Positions 36,325 to 45,980 of a DNA stretch of 62,151 nt are shown piece by piece. Numbering within the stretch: the stretch's first letter is position 1; the number at the start of each line of letters is the position of its first letter. This DNA comes from Fidelibacterota bacterium (lineage in GTDB: Bacteria > Fidelibacterota > UBA8477 > JABMPR01): the NCBI GenBank assembly GCA_013202385.1, contig JABMOT010000158.1:1-62151 (forward strand), given 5' to 3'. The notes under the pieces were generated by a model. That model was given only the letters and a program-made list of their open reading frames with translations. It did no database searches and was not told the DNA's origin. The position numbers and the translations under genes were made by a program.

Positions 36325-37770
36325 ATGGAACAAGATCAAATTAAAGTGCTCCTTATCGAGGATGAAGAATATGATGTTCGTCGGATTAAAAATACCATCA
36401 ATCCTTACCGAGAGCGCATTCAGATAGAGGAAATCGTCTCAACAGGCGAAGATGCCCTCCGAGTATTGGAGAAGAACGGATCCTTTGATGTAGCCATTCT
36501 TGACTATCAAATATCCGGTGGTCTGTACGGTGAAAGACTGATCAAACGCATCAAAATAATTGACCCAAGTATTCAAGTTATTGTCATCACCAAAATGACA
36601 GTGAACCAAACCGATCTTCACTTTGCAAATCAGATGATCGAGAGCGGCGCTTATTGGTTTGGGACCAAATATCCATCCGATATTGAAGATTTTATTTATC
36701 AGCCCACAGATTTCATTTTAACGATTCTAAATGCTGCAGAGAAGAAACGCCTGGAGCTTGAAAAAATGAAATCCCAAAACCGACTTGATAAAAAAATTGA
36801 TCGGATCGTCCAGGAGCGACCCATGTTGGGAAATTCCCCAAGCATCCTGAAGGTTCGGGAACACATCTCGAAATACGCCGCCACCCATGCGAATGTGCTC
36901 ATCACAGGTGAATCTGGCTCTGGGAAGGAGCTTATCGCTCGAAGCATCCATTATCAGAGTGCCCGCCGTTATGACAATTTCGTCACCGTTAACTGCGCTG
37001 CAATTCCAGATGAACTCATTGAAAGCGAACTATTTGGATTTGTCAAGGGGGCTTTCACTGGTGCCAGTGAGGACAAATTAGGACTTTTTGAACAGGCCCA
37101 TCATGGCACCATTTTTCTCGATGAAATTTCGGAGTTACCCTATCAGGCTCAGGCAAAACTGCTCCGCGTTTTGGAAACAGGGGAGCTGGATAAAATTGGA
37201 CGCAAAAAGAGCTATAATGTAGATGTCAGAGTTATTTCAGCCACCAATAAAGACATCAAAGAATTGATGAAACAGAATCGTTTCAGGGAGGATCTTTATT
37301 ATCGTCTTAATATCTTGAATATACAAGCACCTCCCCTCAAAGAGCGGGCTGAGGACATACGCATACTAATTGATTATTTTGTTGGGCACCACTGCCGGGA
37401 TCTCAGCATTACTTTACCATCAATTAGCGATGAGGCCTGGTCGATCCTGCAACATTTTGAATGGCCAGGTAACGTGCGTCAATTGAAAAATGTCACTCAG
37501 AGACTGGTCATTCTCAGTAATGATACGATTAGTAAAGCGACAGTGGATTTGGCCTTAGATGTTCAAAGTCAAGGTTCAGGTGCTGCCCTGACCAATCCCG
37601 TTTTTTCGAGCGAAAATATATTGCCACTGAGAGATGTCGAGCAGAGTTTCAGAAAGCAGTATTTTGAATTCGTTCGGCTTCATAGCCATACGGATACTGA
37701 AGCGGCTGGGAAGCTCGGTTTGGCTCCACCAAATTTCCACCGCATGTGCAAGGAGTTGGGTCTGAAATAG
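36325..37770 (+). CDS. Sigma-54-dependent response regulator (REC + AAA+ EBP + Fis-type HTH)
   Basis: 481 aa. REC: VLLIEDEE...DVAILDYQ. Walker A GESGSGKE, exact GAFTGA motif, ELFGF, Walker B FLDEI. C-terminal HTH: AAGKLGLAPPNFHRMCKELGL. Confidence 0.9.
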   Translation: MEQDQIKVLLIEDEEYDVRRIKNTINPYRERIQIEEIVSTGEDALRVLEKNGSFDVAILDYQISGGLYGERLIKRIKIIDPSIQVIVITKMTVNQTDLHFANQMIESGAYWFGTKYPSDIEDFIYQPTDFILTILNAAEKKRLELEKMKSQNRLDKKIDRIVQERPMLGNSPSILKVREHISKYAATHANVLITGESGSGKELIARSIHYQSARRYDNFVTVNCAAIPDELIESELFGFVKGAFTGASEDKLGLFEQAHHGTIFLDEISELPYQAQAKLLRVLETGELDKIGRKKSYNVDVRVISATNKDIKELMKQNRFREDLYYRLNILNIQAPPLKERAEDIRILIDYFVGHHCRDLSITLPSISDEAWSILQHFEWPGNVRQLKNVTQRLVILSNDTISKATVDLALDVQSQGSGAALTNPVFSSENILPLRDVEQSFRKQYFEFVRLHSHTDTEAAGKLGLAPPNFHRMCKELGLK

Positions 37771-38094
37771 CAGCATGACGTTATTTCCGGTCTTATTATA
37801 ATAATAAGAATATTATTCCTATAATAAGTCAATCAGATAATATCAAATATAGAACAAACTTCTTTTCTAAAAATAATTCAAATATATTTTAGCCCCATAT
37901 TGGGTTCATTTAGCATCTGTAAACTCCTGTTATATAATTGATTTACACTGTTACATAGATGTGCGGGTGATGCGCCTGGGTAAGCGTCTTGATTTACATT
38001 TTTCAAGAGTGGCACTTATGGTCTGGTATTTGACTTACATAGGTTAACTAATGAAAAAGATTCTCCAAAATCTGACGATTCTGAAGGTAGCTGC

Positions 38095-39702
38095 GTGAGC
38101 GGTCTGGATTACTCAGTTATCGTAATCTATTTCCTCATTGTGCTGGGGATCGGAATCTATTTTTCCCGGCGCACGTCAGACAGTACTGAGTATTTCCTGG
38201 CTGGCCGCAATGTTGGTTGGATAGCGATTGGTGCTTCATTGTTCGCTTCCAACATTTCTAGCGAACATTTCATCGATCTTGCGGGAACAGGCTCCAGTAG
38301 TGGCTTGGCTGTAGGACATTTTGAATGGCTTGCCGCTTTCATGGTTTTATTTCTGGGCTGGATTTTTGTACCCTTCTATTTGAAATCTGGTGTTTTCACC
38401 ATGCCAGAATTTCTAGAACGGCGTTATGGTCGCGCCAGCCGCATGTATTTGACCTCAGTATCAATCATTGCCTATGTCATTACAAAAATTTCGGTCACTT
38501 TATTTGCAGGTGGACTGCTCCTGAACAAGATTTTGGGCTGGGATATGATGACTTCCGCCGTTGTACTCATCATCGTTACCGGTATTTACACAATTGCCGG
38601 TGGTCTTAGTGCAGTCATCTATACAGAATTGGTGCAGACCTTTATCCTTATAGGGGGTGCAGTGGCATTGACCCTCCTTGGTTTGAATGAAGTAGGTGGT
38701 TTTTCAGGCTTACAGGCCAAACTGCCACCAGAATTCTTTGATATGTTTAAAGCCATGGATCATCCGGATTTCCCCTGGACTGGAATCATATTTGGGGCAC
38801 CCATATTGGGTGTCTGGTACTGGTGTACGGATCAGTTTATCGTTCAACGGGTGTTGAGTGCAAAAAATATTAATCATGCTCGCTCAGGGGCCATCCTTGC
38901 AGGTTTCCTGAAGATATTACCCGTATTCATACTGGTATTGCCCGGTTTGATTGCCGCCGCATTATTTGGAACAACGGGGGATGAGGCCTACCCAACCCTG
39001 GTGACCAGTTATTTACTCCCTTCAGGTGTTAAGGGCATTGTGATTGCCAGTTTGCTAGCTGCGCTCATGTCATCATTGGCCAGTGTATTCAATAGTACTT
39101 CAACATTATTTACGATAGATTTTTATAAAAATTTCCGACCAGATTCAACTGAAGTTGAACTGGTTCTCGTCGGTCGCCTTGCAACGACAGTCATGGTGGT
39201 ATTGGGTGTGCTTTCTGTTCCGTTGATCACCATGCTCAGCAGTCAGCTGTTTGTCTATCTACAAAGTGTCCAGGCCTACATTAGTCCTCCCATTGCAGCA
39301 GTATTCATCTTGGGAATATTCTGGGACAGGGCCAATTCTCAGGGCGCCATTTCAGCATTGGGTGCAGGGGCAGTCCTGGGAGCATTACGGTTTGTTTTGG
39401 AGATCTTGGTCAAGAGCGGCACATCACTAGGTAGCTTTGAATGGTTTGCCACCATGAATTTTCTCCATTTTGCAGTGTTTTTATTCATAATTTCAGTTGG
39501 GGTCGTGGTGGTCGTCAGTTTGGCAACTTCAGTGCCCGATCGCAGGCAAATTTCTGGACTTACCCTGGCCACAGCATCGGAGTTGCAGACAGATTTAAGT
39601 AGAAGGATGGATGTTCAGGATTCAAAATGGAATCAGATCAACATTCTAGCATCTATTGTGCTGGTTGTGGCAATACTGGCACTCTGGATTCGATTCGCAT
39701 GA
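38095..39702 (+). CDS. Sodium:solute symporter (SSF, SGLT-like sugar transporter)
   Basis: 535 aa with a GTG start. Motif YFLAGRNVGWIAIGASLFASNISSEHFIDLAG. About 14 TM segments. Confidence 0.85.
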   Translation: MSGLDYSVIVIYFLIVLGIGIYFSRRTSDSTEYFLAGRNVGWIAIGASLFASNISSEHFIDLAGTGSSSGLAVGHFEWLAAFMVLFLGWIFVPFYLKSGVFTMPEFLERRYGRASRMYLTSVSIIAYVITKISVTLFAGGLLLNKILGWDMMTSAVVLIIVTGIYTIAGGLSAVIYTELVQTFILIGGAVALTLLGLNEVGGFSGLQAKLPPEFFDMFKAMDHPDFPWTGIIFGAPILGVWYWCTDQFIVQRVLSAKNINHARSGAILAGFLKILPVFILVLPGLIAAALFGTTGDEAYPTLVTSYLLPSGVKGIVIASLLAALMSSLASVFNSTSTLFTIDFYKNFRPDSTEVELVLVGRLATTVMVVLGVLSVPLITMLSSQLFVYLQSVQAYISPPIAAVFILGIFWDRANSQGAISALGAGAVLGALRFVLEILVKSGTSLGSFEWFATMNFLHFAVFLFIISVGVVVVVSLATSVPDRRQISGLTLATASELQTDLSRRMDVQDSKWNQINILASIVLVVAILALWIRFA

Positions 39703-39767
39703 ATCAAATAAAAAATTATCAAGGAGGATTGATGATGATTAACATAACCAAAGAAGGAGGGAGCATA

Positions 39768-42700
39768 ATGCTACCTAAACGTTACTTAATTAACCTAACA
39801 GTTACCCTGTTGGTTTTGCTGCCTGTGCTTTTGACCGCACAGCTGGCAGAAACATGGAAACTTGCTCCTGAGGCAGGTGCCTTGGTTGTTGGACCAAACC
39901 CAACTGATGTTTGGTGGGCAAACTCTGCCGGCGATGTTGAAACGCGAGCATGCTTGTGGGATGATGAGTATGTTTTTGGTGCAGATGGGACTTTTCATAA
40001 TGTCCAGCAAGACGAAACCTGGCTTGAAGGCTGGCAAACTGCTACGGAAGGCTGTGGAACTCCCGTTGCTCCTCACAATGACTCAAATGCCGCAACATGG
40101 GTCATTGATGAAGAAGCGGGTACGCTCACAGTGCTTGGAACGGGTGCCTATCTGGGTATTCCCAAGCCATTCAATGGTGGTGAGCTTTCAGACCCGGCTA
40201 ACGCCCCTGCTTCAATCACCTATGAAATAACGCTTTCAGAAGATGACAATGTGATGACCTTAGGCTTAGACATTAGCACAGGGTATTGGACTTTTAAGCT
40301 GGTATCACCTGACTGGGAACCGTATGTACCTAGTGGTCCTTTAGCGGCAGCTCCAACACCCACTGAACTTGAAGCTGATGTAATTTCAGTTTACAGTGAT
40401 GCCTATACAGATATTCTTGGCACCAACTTTAACCCCAATTGGGGACAGGCTACGGCTTATTCTGAAGTAATGATTGAAGACAACGCCACAATATTGTATG
40501 CTGGATTGAATTATCAGGGAATCGATTTAGGTAGCCATCAGGATGTTTCTGGAAAGGGCTACCTGCATATTGATTACTGGACCGCAAATTCTACGGCGCT
40601 AAACGTATTTTTGATAAGTCCAGGAACTCCCAATGTTGAAACTGCCTATGAATTACCAGTTAGTTTCGAAACCTGGATGAGCGTAGATATTCGTTTGAAT
40701 GACTTTGCACCTGTTGATTTGGCTGATATTTTTCAGTTCAAATTCGACGGCAATGGTGATATTTATTTAGACAATATCTATTTCCATGGAGTACCATGGG
40801 TACAACCTGATGATCTCGTCCTGAACGGTTTTGAGACCGCAGAAGAAATTGGCATTGGCGATGAGGCCTTCTGGCAATTTGATTATCCCGTTGAGTCCGA
40901 GGGTATCGACTTCATCACTTCCACACTTGTTAACAGTGCTGGATTACCTCAGGATGGTGTGGGTGCTGGTCAGTTTAACTATGCCGTTGAACACTACTAT
41001 CAATATGGTGGTTTTGCCTCTGTAAATCATATTGCAGATGATTATCTGGATATGTCTGGTCTCAACTATATCAGCTTTCAGATTCAGAACTACATTCCAA
41101 CCAATATTGATTCTTCAATGGCCCTACGCTTTACGCTCGCTGAGGCAAGTGAACAACCTGATCCAACCAAGTGGAGCAAGGACAGTTGCGAATTCTATTA
41201 CTCTTTCATCGAGGATGATTACTTCCTGGATGATGAAGCTGGCTCAGGCTGGTCAGAGATCAGGATTCCACTTATAAAATCAAGTTCCAATACAGGTGGA
41301 CAAGAGTATAATAATGGTTTTGTTCACACGGGTTGGGCTGGCATTACTGGTAATGATCAACTGGATCTGGATAAGATTGTTGGTTTTGGTTTTGAGTGGG
41401 TTTCCCCACCGTGGAACACAGTAATTGGTGATGTCATTACTGGAGCTGTCTGGTTTGACAATCTAAAAGCAATTTATTCCAATGATATATACGGTTGTAT
41501 GGATCCCTCAAGTCTCAACTATAATCCAGATGCCACTATCGACGACGAGAGCTGTCTCTATGACACGGATGTTGTGGATGTCACATTTGAATTGAATATG
41601 AGTATGCAGACCGTTAATGAAGAGGGAGTGCATATTGCAGGAGGAAATTATTTTGGTCCTCCTATCCCACGCTTCAAATTCAATGATGATGGAATCGCCG
41701 GTGATCGGATCGCCGGTGATGATATCTATACCATTGTCGTACAGTTGCTTAACAATTTCAACGAAAACTATACCTTCTCCAATGGCGCAGACCAGGATTT
41801 TCAGGACAAAGAAAATATTGCAGGTCAGTCCTGTGCAGATGGCCAATATAATGATCGTCGGCTTACAGTTGGTATAAATGATACAACTATTACCACTTGT
41901 TTCGCTGAATGTTCAGATGATGGCTCTTGCACTAATGTAGATATGGTCGATGTTACTTTCAGAGTCGATATGCGCGATCAGATCGTGAATGTTGCCGGTG
42001 TTTTTATGGCTGGTGGTGGTCTCGGTGATGATGGATATGTAATGGATGATTCTGACGGCGATGATGTATGGGAATTAGATATGAGCATCCCAGCAGGCAT
42101 TGAATTCTTCTGGAAGTTTAGAAATGGACCCACTCTCGGTGGCTGGCAAGGTGACTGGGAAGGTGGAGATAATGGTATCCAGTTAGGAGATGGTGGCTGT
42201 GGCGCGAATCAGTACAATGATCGCTCCGTGACCCTGGATGTTGATACAGTCCTTCCAGCATATTGTTTTGGTTACTGCTATGCATGTTCACCAGTGCATG
42301 ATGTCGTAGTCACATTCAGTGTGGACATGAGTGCTGAATCAGCCTTCAACCCTGCCACGGATGCACCTTATGTGATTAGCTCAATAGATGAGTGGAGTTT
42401 CGATAATATTGTGCTCTTTACTCAATCTGCTCTCAGTGGCGTCTGGGATGGAACTCTCACTTTATCTTCACGTGATACCGTAAACTATCTGTTTGTGTAT
42501 GGTGCTGGAACTTATGAAGATATGACGGGGGATGCATGCGCCGTTTATGATGATGTAGCCACCCTTGACGTACGTCAACTCATCATGCCCGTCGATGAAA
42601 CCACAGAATTCGAACCTGGAATACAGATATTTGGATCCTGTGCTTATGTTGGGGTTGATGATAAGAATCTCGCACTACCTACAGAGTTTCTGGTAAGTAC

Positions 42701-42956
42701 ATTTCCCAATCCCTTCAACCCGGATGTAACCGTCCAGTATCAGCTTCCTGCAGTTGAGGATATCAAAATCGATGTCTACAATATGTTGGGTCAGAGTGTC
42801 AAATCTCTGGTTAATAGACGACATGCTGGTGGACATTATAGTGTTGTCTGGAATGGTCGAAACGAAAATGGACAAGCAGTCGGAACGGGAATCTACTTTG
42901 TTGTGGTTACCCGTGCCTCTGGTACATCAGTATCAAAAGTGACGTTGCTTAAGTAA
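39768..42956 (+). CDS. Large multi-module T9SS cargo, putative surface glycan-binding protein
   Basis: The ORF-track start (39627) overlaps the SSF gene. ATG 39768 has a GAAGGAGGG RBS and gives the signal peptide MLPKRYLINLTVTLLVLLPVLLTAQ (alternative ATG at 39732). Contents: a WKLAPEAGALVVGP...RACLWDDEY module; one copy of module B shared with 19214-21541; a Cys-bounded CMDPSSLNYNPDATIDDESC motif; three VDVTF/VVVTF beta-sandwich-like repeats. CTD: FPNPFNPDVTVQYQL...GIYFVVV...KVTLLK. Confidence 0.7.
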   Translation: MLPKRYLINLTVTLLVLLPVLLTAQLAETWKLAPEAGALVVGPNPTDVWWANSAGDVETRACLWDDEYVFGADGTFHNVQQDETWLEGWQTATEGCGTPVAPHNDSNAATWVIDEEAGTLTVLGTGAYLGIPKPFNGGELSDPANAPASITYEITLSEDDNVMTLGLDISTGYWTFKLVSPDWEPYVPSGPLAAAPTPTELEADVISVYSDAYTDILGTNFNPNWGQATAYSEVMIEDNATILYAGLNYQGIDLGSHQDVSGKGYLHIDYWTANSTALNVFLISPGTPNVETAYELPVSFETWMSVDIRLNDFAPVDLADIFQFKFDGNGDIYLDNIYFHGVPWVQPDDLVLNGFETAEEIGIGDEAFWQFDYPVESEGIDFITSTLVNSAGLPQDGVGAGQFNYAVEHYYQYGGFASVNHIADDYLDMSGLNYISFQIQNYIPTNIDSSMALRFTLAEASEQPDPTKWSKDSCEFYYSFIEDDYFLDDEAGSGWSEIRIPLIKSSSNTGGQEYNNGFVHTGWAGITGNDQLDLDKIVGFGFEWVSPPWNTVIGDVITGAVWFDNLKAIYSNDIYGCMDPSSLNYNPDATIDDESCLYDTDVVDVTFELNMSMQTVNEEGVHIAGGNYFGPPIPRFKFNDDGIAGDRIAGDDIYTIVVQLLNNFNENYTFSNGADQDFQDKENIAGQSCADGQYNDRRLTVGINDTTITTCFAECSDDGSCTNVDMVDVTFRVDMRDQIVNVAGVFMAGGGLGDDGYVMDDSDGDDVWELDMSIPAGIEFFWKFRNGPTLGGWQGDWEGGDNGIQLGDGGCGANQYNDRSVTLDVDTVLPAYCFGYCYACSPVHDVVVTFSVDMSAESAFNPATDAPYVISSIDEWSFDNIVLFTQSALSGVWDGTLTLSSRDTVNYLFVYGAGTYEDMTGDACAVYDDVATLDVRQLIMPVDETTEFEPGIQIFGSCAYVGVDDKNLALPTEFLVSTFPNPFNPDVTVQYQLPAVEDIKIDVYNMLGQSVKSLVNRRHAGGHYSVVWNGRNENGQAVGTGIYFVVVTRASGTSVSKVTLLK

Positions 42957-42975
42957 ATGTAATGCATGAGTTAGG

Positions 42976-43006
42976 CTCACCGGGAGTATGCAAATACTCC
43001 CGGGAG
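42976..43006 (+). terminator. Strong hairpin after the cargo gene (possible terminator, no clear T-tract)
   Basis: Perfect 10-bp stem CCGGGAGTAT / ATACTCCCGG with a GCAA loop (42980-43003), extendable by CTC/GAG. Confidence 0.35.
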
Positions 43007-43017
43007 CCCTGCTTGCA
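43002..43017 (+). promoter_or_regulatory. Candidate second sigma-54 promoter (weaker -24 element)
   Basis: gGGagc-cctgc-TTGCA. The GG and GC are spaced exactly as in the consensus and the -12 TTGCA is perfect, but the -24 element is only GG..C. It lies 47 nt upstream of the TonB-dependent receptor ATG. Confidence 0.3.
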
Positions 43018-43063
43018 TTGCATATAGATTCTGAAAAAGAATTCATTAAAAAAAAAGTGCGCT

Positions 43064-45979
43064 ATGAATAGAATATTTACCTCCCTGATCCTCCTTTCAA
43101 TAATCTTTTCAAGTCTGTTTGCGCAGACCACCGGCAAAATCGCGGGAAAAATAAAAGATGCCGAAAATAAAGAGCCCATGATTGGCGTAAATGTTATTGT
43201 AGATGGAGCTGGTGTGGGAGCAGTGACTGATATAGATGGATATTATGACATCATTAATTTGTCTCCTGGCACTTATACGGTAAAAGTTTCAATGATTGGC
43301 TATGAGATATATGTCGTTGAAGAAGTTCGGGTTTCTACAAATCGAACAACATATCTGGATGCCGATCTCAATAGTAGCCTCTTGGAGGGGACTGAAGTAG
43401 TCGTTACCGCCAGTAAAATTTCAACCAAGCGGGATCAAACCAGCACGGTAAAAAATATTTCTGGCGACGATATGCAGATTTTACCAGTTGAGAGTATTGG
43501 TGCGGTAGTCAATATGCAGGCTGGCGTCGTTGCAGGGCATTTTCGGGGTGGTCGTAGCGGCGAAGTGAGTTATTTAATCGATGGTATAAAGGTAGATGAA
43601 GTTTTTGGTGGAAATAGCGCCACTGTAAGTGTTGAAACTGAAGCTGTCCAGGATCTGGAAGTAATAACCGGTACCTTTAACGCAGAGTATGGAAATGCCA
43701 TGAGTGGCATTGTAAATGCTGTTACCAGAAACGGTGAAGAACAGTTTCACGCCAGTCTGTCTTCATCGATTTCCACGTATTTCACAACAAATAATTTTGA
43801 AGATGAAGAAGATATCTTTCTCGGTTTAAAGCCGTTTGGGTTCACCGGCAAAAAGGAAGATCAATTTAATCTAAATACAAACTATGATAATAAACTTATG
43901 CTTACCGGTCCCATTCTAGGTGATCGGATCGGATTTTTTATAAATTATCGGGAACAGGTTACGGCAGGTCATTTAAACGGAATTAGACGTTTTAACATTT
44001 GGGATCTAAGTGATTACGCTGCATCTGATTCTATAGAGTGGCAAGACATACATACTGGAGATAGTAGCTTCGTTTCCATGAGCTCCAGCAAACACACGTC
44101 TCTTATGACAAAAATTTCTTTTAAGCCAAATCCTAAAATACGCTCCTCCATCATGTTCAACCGAAATGTGGATGAATGGCAGGGATATAGCCATTTCAAT
44201 AAATATAATCCTGATGGTGTTAATAAAAATAACTCCAACACGGATTTTATCGCTTTTCAATTGAATCACATGCTTTCCAACTCATTTTTCTATGACCTTA
44301 AGCTCAGTCAGTCCACCAATTATTATGGGAACTACCTGTTTAAAGACGAACAGTCAATCTACACAATCGCCAGTGCTGAAGGTGCGTATGATCATGTTTT
44401 GTATTTTCCTGACAATACCCTGTACTCTATTAGAGGTGCCTGGTATGAAGAAGGGGATACGGTTTATAATTACATCCATGATTTATATGCCAATTCATAC
44501 GGACCAGGGTTCTCACTGGGTGGTCAGGATAAAGGTCACACAGAGCGAGAAACCACAACTAAAAACGTAAAATTTGATATGACCTGGCAGGTGAATAATA
44601 CGCATAGCCTGAAAACAGGTTTTCAAGTATCCCAGCACGATATCACCAGCGCTTATCACCTCATCAAAAATGCCTATGCAGGCACGGCGGATGAATATAA
44701 GTATAAACCGATAATGCTTGGGAATAACACACTGGATGCTGATAGCTATCGGAAGAAACCCGTAGATGGATCTTTCTATTTGCAGGATAAGATGGAATTC
44801 GATGAGATGGTCATCAATCTCGGTTTGCGTTATGATCATTTTGACGCCAACACTGTTTATCCATCTCAGAGACGAAATCCGGCCAACAGCTCGACTTACT
44901 TTTTAAAAGACTCGCTGGGTAATAACATATTGGAATGGGATGCCGAGCTTTCAGATAGTGTCAAAGTCCTCGATGAATCCAGAATGTCGGAGTATTTAGA
45001 CTCAAAATCTGTGTATCAGATAAGTCCTAGATTTGGACTGGCCTATCAACTGGGCAATCGGGCCGTATTGCACTTTAGTTATGGTCACTTCTTTCAAATG
45101 CCATCATACTCAGCCATTTACAGCAATGATGCCTTTCTTGTCGGTTCAGCTGATTATGGAACCACGATGGGAAACGGCAACCTTGGAGGAGAGACCCTGG
45201 GATTAAATGCACAGAAAACAGTAAGTTATGAAATAGGTTTATGGCAAGAACTTGCCGAGGGTTTAGGATTGGAAGTCAACCTTTACTATCGTGATATCTA
45301 CGATTTACTCACAGCAGCTGTTGTAACAACCTATAACCAGATAAACTATGGTTTATATACCAATAAAGACTATGGCAACGTGAGAGGTCTTGAAGTCAAA
45401 CTCGACTTCAACAAAGGTGGCTTTCGTACCAATCTGAATTATACCCTGCAATATACCAAAGGTAATGCTGACAATCCTCAGCAGACCTTTAACCGGGCTG
45501 GAGCAAAAATTGATGAAGTCAATAAAATGATTCCCATGAGCTGGGATCAACGACATACCTTTAACCTCTCGGCGGGATTCACCGCCCCCAATTATGGAGG
45601 TTTTTTTACTGGATACATCAATTCGGGTACCACTTACACCTATTCTCCAATGACGGGGAGTACACTCACCAATATTAATCTAGCCCCCAACAACAATTAT
45701 CGGGCAGCGGGTTATCATGTGGATTTCACAGGATATGTTCAACTGCCGCTGGTGTTTGGAGTTCACGCCCGAATGAATCTGTCAGTTTATAATGTGCTTG
45801 ATCGTTATAATGAGAATTGGGTTAATGGCACTACAGGACGAGCCTATTCTGATGTGGTGGAAGAAGGCGATCTTGAGGGGCACCGAAGTAAATTCAATGA
45901 ATATGCAGATATTTACAAAAACCCTGCAATGTTTAGCACACCTCGTGAAATAAAAATTGGTTTGGAAGTAGACTTATAG
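43064..45979 (+). CDS. TonB-dependent receptor with an N-terminal carboxypeptidase-regulatory-like domain
   Basis: 971 aa with a signal peptide. CarbopepD_reg-like: GKIAGKIKDAENKEPMIGVNVIV...TDIDGYYDIINLSPGTYTVKVSMIGYE. Plug: GDDMQILPVESIGAVVNMQAGVV...GGRSGEVSYLIDGIKV. A long beta-barrel region follows. Confidence 0.85.
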   Translation: MNRIFTSLILLSIIFSSLFAQTTGKIAGKIKDAENKEPMIGVNVIVDGAGVGAVTDIDGYYDIINLSPGTYTVKVSMIGYEIYVVEEVRVSTNRTTYLDADLNSSLLEGTEVVVTASKISTKRDQTSTVKNISGDDMQILPVESIGAVVNMQAGVVAGHFRGGRSGEVSYLIDGIKVDEVFGGNSATVSVETEAVQDLEVITGTFNAEYGNAMSGIVNAVTRNGEEQFHASLSSSISTYFTTNNFEDEEDIFLGLKPFGFTGKKEDQFNLNTNYDNKLMLTGPILGDRIGFFINYREQVTAGHLNGIRRFNIWDLSDYAASDSIEWQDIHTGDSSFVSMSSSKHTSLMTKISFKPNPKIRSSIMFNRNVDEWQGYSHFNKYNPDGVNKNNSNTDFIAFQLNHMLSNSFFYDLKLSQSTNYYGNYLFKDEQSIYTIASAEGAYDHVLYFPDNTLYSIRGAWYEEGDTVYNYIHDLYANSYGPGFSLGGQDKGHTERETTTKNVKFDMTWQVNNTHSLKTGFQVSQHDITSAYHLIKNAYAGTADEYKYKPIMLGNNTLDADSYRKKPVDGSFYLQDKMEFDEMVINLGLRYDHFDANTVYPSQRRNPANSSTYFLKDSLGNNILEWDAELSDSVKVLDESRMSEYLDSKSVYQISPRFGLAYQLGNRAVLHFSYGHFFQMPSYSAIYSNDAFLVGSADYGTTMGNGNLGGETLGLNAQKTVSYEIGLWQELAEGLGLEVNLYYRDIYDLLTAAVVTTYNQINYGLYTNKDYGNVRGLEVKLDFNKGGFRTNLNYTLQYTKGNADNPQQTFNRAGAKIDEVNKMIPMSWDQRHTFNLSAGFTAPNYGGFFTGYINSGTTYTYSPMTGSTLTNINLAPNNNYRAAGYHVDFTGYVQLPLVFGVHARMNLSVYNVLDRYNENWVNGTTGRAYSDVVEEGDLEGHRSKFNEYADIYKNPAMFSTPREIKIGLEVDL

Positions 45980-45980
45980 A

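Noticed and set aside
37790-37820. AT-only palindrome CTTATTAT-A-ATAATAAG after the response-regulator gene as a terminator
   Set aside because: The stem is made entirely of A-T pairs with essentially no loop and no clear T-tract. It is thermodynamically weak, so I did not list it as a feature.
38010-38026. TGGCAC hexamer as a sigma-54 promoter for the SSF operon
   Set aside because: The position that should read TTGC (five nt after TGGCAC) reads GTCT, so there is no GC at -12. It is kept only as a minor note alongside the nearby direct repeats.
39627-39767. ORF-track start at 39627 for the large cargo protein, overlapping the SSF gene by 76 nt
   Set aside because: The extension encodes no signal peptide and overlaps the SSF 3' end. 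ATG 39768 (or 39732) has a strong AGGAGG-type RBS and yields a clean signal peptide.
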